Part shown: piece by piece, positions 60,768 through 64,000 of the stretch
Numbering within the stretch: the stretch's first letter is position 1
Layout of the letters: each line of letters starts with the position of its first letter
Assembly: GCA_046861385.1 (NCBI GenBank)
Contig: JBHHTW010000004.1
Span: forward strand, 32,001 to 96,000
Source of the DNA: Fidelibacterota bacterium
Lineage (GTDB): Bacteria; Fidelibacterota; Marinisomatia; Marinisomatales; TCS55
Direction of reading: 5' to 3'
DNA length: 64,000 bases
The notes under the pieces: model-generated
The model's database searches: none
What the model saw: the letters and a program-made list of their open reading frames with translations, nothing else
What the model was told of the DNA's origin: nothing
Program-made: the position numbers and the translations under genes

Positions 60768-62576
60768 TTAAATTTCCTTAAACGTTGATTTCACTGGCAC
60801 AAATTTTCGAGAGGAAAAATAAGGTTGTGGGAAACAATGAGTTAGTTTCATCTGGCCTTTATTGAACCCATCTGTAAAACAATCCCCGTCATCATCATCG
60901 TCATGATCGTCATGGTCGTCATCATCATCTCCACTGCTACTGCTACCCATCCTATTTACGAATATCGCTCCTTCCATATACGCATTACTATTGTCCATAA
61001 TAAAATGACCGTCCGGAACGAATGCAATTCCATAAAGTGTCCCATCTAATTTCAAATCTCCTCGAGCCGTCACTATAGCCCACACTACCACATTTTCCTT
61101 TATTTCAACATCGTCTTTTGAGTAGACTTCAGTTAATGTTGATGGACGACATGAAGGTGAATTCCCGGATAAATCAGTACCGATCTGAGAATAATCTTTT
61201 ATCTTGATATCTTTTTTGGCAATTAGAATAATATTGTCGTCAATAAAACTCTGGGTGTTGTCCTCTTCATCTATTGTAATTTGTCCGCTGGACACCAGAA
61301 TCCCCGGCAAAGATAGAGTGCTATCTCCCCCGCTTACTGCTCCGGTAATTGTACTGCCTTTAATATCTATATCACCATCAACAAAATAGGTTCTGTTTGT
61401 ATAAGAACTCAAATCAAATGTTGTCAGTTCAATCTCTAAATCCCCATCATATTCATTTCCACCAGTGCTTGAAATGGCATCGGCGATATTGATGAGACTA
61501 TCGTAAGGGCTATGGTTAAAATTGGGAAGTGTGGGTGTTGGATTTAAGTAAATATCCCAATCGAACGTGGAATTAAAATTCCCGGTAACTGTATTGCCGG
61601 TTGGAACATAAATGGTCGTTGGCCCACCATAACTTGGGGAACCGACAATTGCGCTGGATTCTACATCAACATCTCCTCCAATAAATATTGAGCAGTTTAA
61701 AATTGCATTGTCATTAATTTCAAATCCGCTTGACCCATTATCGTCATCGTCATCGTGATCATCATCGTTGCATTCATCATCACCATAATTACATAATAAA
61801 CCCCCATTACGGCTGTAACCTGAAATAATTTCAAATGACCCGGCAACCATACCCGCACCAATGGGTTCTGAGCAGCTGGTATGGATTTCAACATGAAGGT
61901 CTCCGTTTATAAATATTTTAATTTTAGAACCTAAAGTTCCTTTGCTATCCACACCATTTATTGTAAATGTACCCCCAGGTGACACAGTTTGTTTAAAGAT
62001 TTTTTTCCATTTTTTTCCTTTTTTTTGTTTGACCTTAACAGACGCAGAACTGCTCCCATTATATTGCAGAGTGAGTTGAGTCACCTTACCATCGCATTCA
62101 CCACATTCCTCACCTCCAGGTGATTCTCCACTTTCCAATATGACAGATATGGATGGCCAGAGACTAAAGTCAGTTATTCCTTTGAATGAACTTTCTACGA
62201 TCCGTTTTGTCTCCCCATGAGTTCCTGTACTGATAAAACGAAGCGACCCGTTATTTACAGGTCCACCTCCATTAGCGACCAAAGAGCTTTCTAATGTTAT
62301 TGTACTATTATAATAAGAATATGTACCCGGAACGGAATCAGCATTGCTTGCCGATTCTTCGAAGGCGTACTCCATACCGGAGACTGCACTCCAATAGGAT
62401 TGACTGGTTGACATTATTTCACTCGCTTCAGAAATATTCAACATAACCGTTGACCTTAAATAAATCAGAATCAAACTAAGTACGACGACAACCACCATGG
62501 CTGTGACAGCAAAAACGAATCCTTCCTCTTTTGGAATTATCTGTTTATTCATCTTTTTTGTATTGTTAATAATCAC
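60768..62576 (-). CDS. PilX/MshP-like minor pilin with large C-terminal domains
   Basis: EEG|FVFAVTAMVVVVVLSL N-terminus, SYWSAVSGMEYA, Cys module ending IHTSCSEPI, beta-helix-like repeats, two Asp/His tracts. Confidence 0.75.
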   Translation of the reverse strand: MIINNTKKMNKQIIPKEEGFVFAVTAMVVVVVLSLILIYLRSTVMLNISEASEIMSTSQSYWSAVSGMEYAFEESASNADSVPGTYSYYNSTITLESSLVANGGGPVNNGSLRFISTGTHGETKRIVESSFKGITDFSLWPSISVILESGESPGGEECGECDGKVTQLTLQYNGSSSASVKVKQKKGKKWKKIFKQTVSPGGTFTINGVDSKGTLGSKIKIFINGDLHVEIHTSCSEPIGAGMVAGSFEIISGYSRNGGLLCNYGDDECNDDDHDDDDDNGSSGFEINDNAILNCSIFIGGDVDVESSAIVGSPSYGGPTTIYVPTGNTVTGNFNSTFDWDIYLNPTPTLPNFNHSPYDSLINIADAISSTGGNEYDGDLEIELTTFDLSSYTNRTYFVDGDIDIKGSTITGAVSGGDSTLSLPGILVSSGQITIDEEDNTQSFIDDNIILIAKKDIKIKDYSQIGTDLSGNSPSCRPSTLTEVYSKDDVEIKENVVVWAIVTARGDLKLDGTLYGIAFVPDGHFIMDNSNAYMEGAIFVNRMGSSSSGDDDDDHDDHDDDDDGDCFTDGFNKGQMKLTHCFPQPYFSSRKFVPVKSTFKEI

Positions 62577-62580
62577 GCCT

Positions 62581-63204
62581 TTAATTTCCTGTACATCCTT
62601 CAGTGGCTAATTTATAGTTTTCGGGATAGACGTCGGCTATGTACGATATAGTGTCAGTATCATTGGCCATATTGATCAATAATTCTACTGTCCAAACGTT
62701 TTGTATTTCAGTAATAGATAACGGAACACTGGTTAATTCTGTGTGATCCCTTTCATAATATTGAAATCCGCTCGCACTTACATAAACGTGGTCTGTCAAC
62801 GTATTTGAAATACCATCACTAATTATTTTTCGGGTAAATAGGGTTGAATCCAATGCATATTCAACTGTAAAACCTTGGTTTGTCTTGAAACGAATTTTAT
62901 TATTATCGGCAAACAGTAGACCGGTCTCTTGTGAAAGATGGCTGTAATCCCGTGTAAATAAAAATACACTATACTGACCGTCAATATTCAAGTTTTTTCG
63001 AGAACGTACATCACTATACATCCGAAGACTATTACTAATCACAACCGCAACCACGGTAGAAATAATCCCATAAACAATTACGCCAATGATCAATTCAACC
63101 AATGTAAATCCTTTTGAATTGATTTTTGGTAAAACTATCATGTGCGAGATCCTGCTGGATAGTCTTTTCCTCAAATTCCATTTCAATTGTTTCAGTTCAA
63201 TCAT
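62581..63204 (-). CDS. Prepilin-type minor pilin (PilW/MshO-like)
   Basis: KG|FTLVELIIG N-methylation motif. Confidence 0.85.
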   Translation of the reverse strand: MIELKQLKWNLRKRLSSRISHMIVLPKINSKGFTLVELIIGVIVYGIISTVVAVVISNSLRMYSDVRSRKNLNIDGQYSVFLFTRDYSHLSQETGLLFADNNKIRFKTNQGFTVEYALDSTLFTRKIISDGISNTLTDHVYVSASGFQYYERDHTELTSVPLSITEIQNVWTVELLINMANDTDTISYIADVYPENYKLATEGCTGN

Positions 63205-63247
63205 TGATTATTTTTCCAACCTTATTACGAAAATTGTATTGATAATC

Positions 63248-63829
63248 TCAATCATCGTGGTCGTCATGATCATCATGGTCATCTCCGGTTCCGGTACCTT
63301 CTTGATCGCAGGTCCCACAGGGATTGTTGTCGCTGATATCTACGATTTGTTTTGGTGTAATTAATGATGTTAATGTAACTGGAACCGGTAAACCTTGATG
63401 ACTCACTTGGACGATAATATGTTTATAGTTTGTCTGAGTACCTACACTATCCACCCAGCTAACAGCCGGATTCACATAATAGATTCGGGTAGTCACGTCA
63501 TAACCGGGAAATCCTTTTGGTTGGAAATCCCAGGCGTATCCTGCATAATCATCGGCATCATCAAAATCTGAAACAAAACTTTCTTCTGGTCCTAAATTGA
63601 GCGTCCACGGCTCTGCAGAACTTTCATCAAAATTTTCAGCGCGGACAGTATGCATCACGGAATTAGCCACAGAAACTGCACGAAATGTGGCTTCAATTTG
63701 AAAACTTTTTGAACGAATGAATGTAAATGCATTCATGGCACCTACAAACCCTATCCCAACGATTACTACTCCAATAATAATTTCTACTAAGGAAAATCCG
63801 CTGTCATTTTTATTAGTTCTCATAGACAT
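63248..63829 (-). CDS. Prepilin-type minor pilin (PilV/MshD-like)
   Basis: SG|FSLVEIIIG; FDE...LGPE....FDDADDY.G; start placed at 63829 (or 63823) rather than the ORF-track 63937. Confidence 0.85.
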   Translation of the reverse strand: MSMRTNKNDSGFSLVEIIIGVVIVGIGFVGAMNAFTFIRSKSFQIEATFRAVSVANSVMHTVRAENFDESSAEPWTLNLGPEESFVSDFDDADDYAGYAWDFQPKGFPGYDVTTRIYYVNPAVSWVDSVGTQTNYKHIIVQVSHQGLPVPVTLTSLITPKQIVDISDNNPCGTCDQEGTGTGDDHDDHDDHDD

Positions 63830-64000
63830 ATCCGGATTTTGGTTCAATTTTAATGGTACGGTAATTATTAATAACAATATCACCACCATTCGATGGGGTG
63901 CCCCACCAATCGAAATACATTTCCAAGTTTCCCCCAAAAGAAACGCTGGTGATTACGGCATCCACATATAAGGCAGTTAAGTCCGACATTTGTTGAGTAT
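63813..64000 (-). CDS. C-terminal part of a FimT/GspH/MshC-like pilin (5' end outside window)
   Basis: Manual translation ...MYFDWWGTPSNGGDIVINNYRTIKIEPKSGYVYEN*; overlaps the next pilin start. Confidence 0.7.
   Translation of the reverse strand, partial: TQQMSDLTALYVDAVITSVSFGGNLEMYFDWWGTPSNGGDIVINNYRTIKIEPKSGYVYEN

Noticed and set aside
63830-63937. N-terminal extension of the PilV-like ORF given by the ORF track (similarly 30095-30289 and 18793-19005)
   Set aside because: These extensions overlap upstream genes in another frame; downstream ATGs fit the family N-termini better.
230-63971. Many 60-130 aa ORFs antisense to or out of frame within long genes (e.g. 651-896, 9449-9763, 36666-37052, 52135-52641)
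   Set aside because: They shadow well-supported genes and show no recognisable motifs; expected by chance.

Overview
An AT-rich bacterial window. Gene content (YPNPFNP-type C-terminal sorting domains, Cys-type Rrf2, DUF2490-like barrel) suggests an FCB-group organism, plausibly Marinimicrobia/Marinisomatota; this is inference. From left to right it holds: (1) a minus-strand respiratory nitrate reductase operon, Rrf2-diheme cytochrome c (narC-like)-narG-[36-codon micro-ORF]-narH-narJ-narI-narK-narK-ric, with a divergent mobA; (2) a PAS-GGDEF gene, rpe-tkt-rpiB and assorted housekeeping genes; (3) two secreted proteins sharing a near-identical 245-bp C-terminal cassette that contains an in-frame GTAG-type REP-like palindrome; (4) a porin/FMN-binding/membrane-protein operon with a Fur-like box; (5) a TetR-led beta-oxidation cluster; (6) two Na+/Pi transport modules, an IS3-like relic, a Cys/Met PLP enzyme, acetoacetate-CoA ligase, PPi-PFK and class II aldolase; (7) a thiN / SSS-CYTH-Na/Pi-barrel cluster; (8) TetR, tandem MMPL/RND genes, a LolA-like protein, a cupin and an outer-membrane protein; (9) a cold-shock gene, an O-antigen-ligase-like/TPR protein, three related small membrane proteins and a minor-pilin cluster with Asp/His-rich tracts. 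No rRNA, canonical tRNA or CRISPR array was seen. The strongest unexplained signals are the REP-carrying sorting-domain cassette, an anti-RBS/terminator switch-like element at 37633-37869, the micro-ORF between narG and narH, and a structured RNA candidate at 20753-20835. All family assignments are from motif recognition, not database searches.
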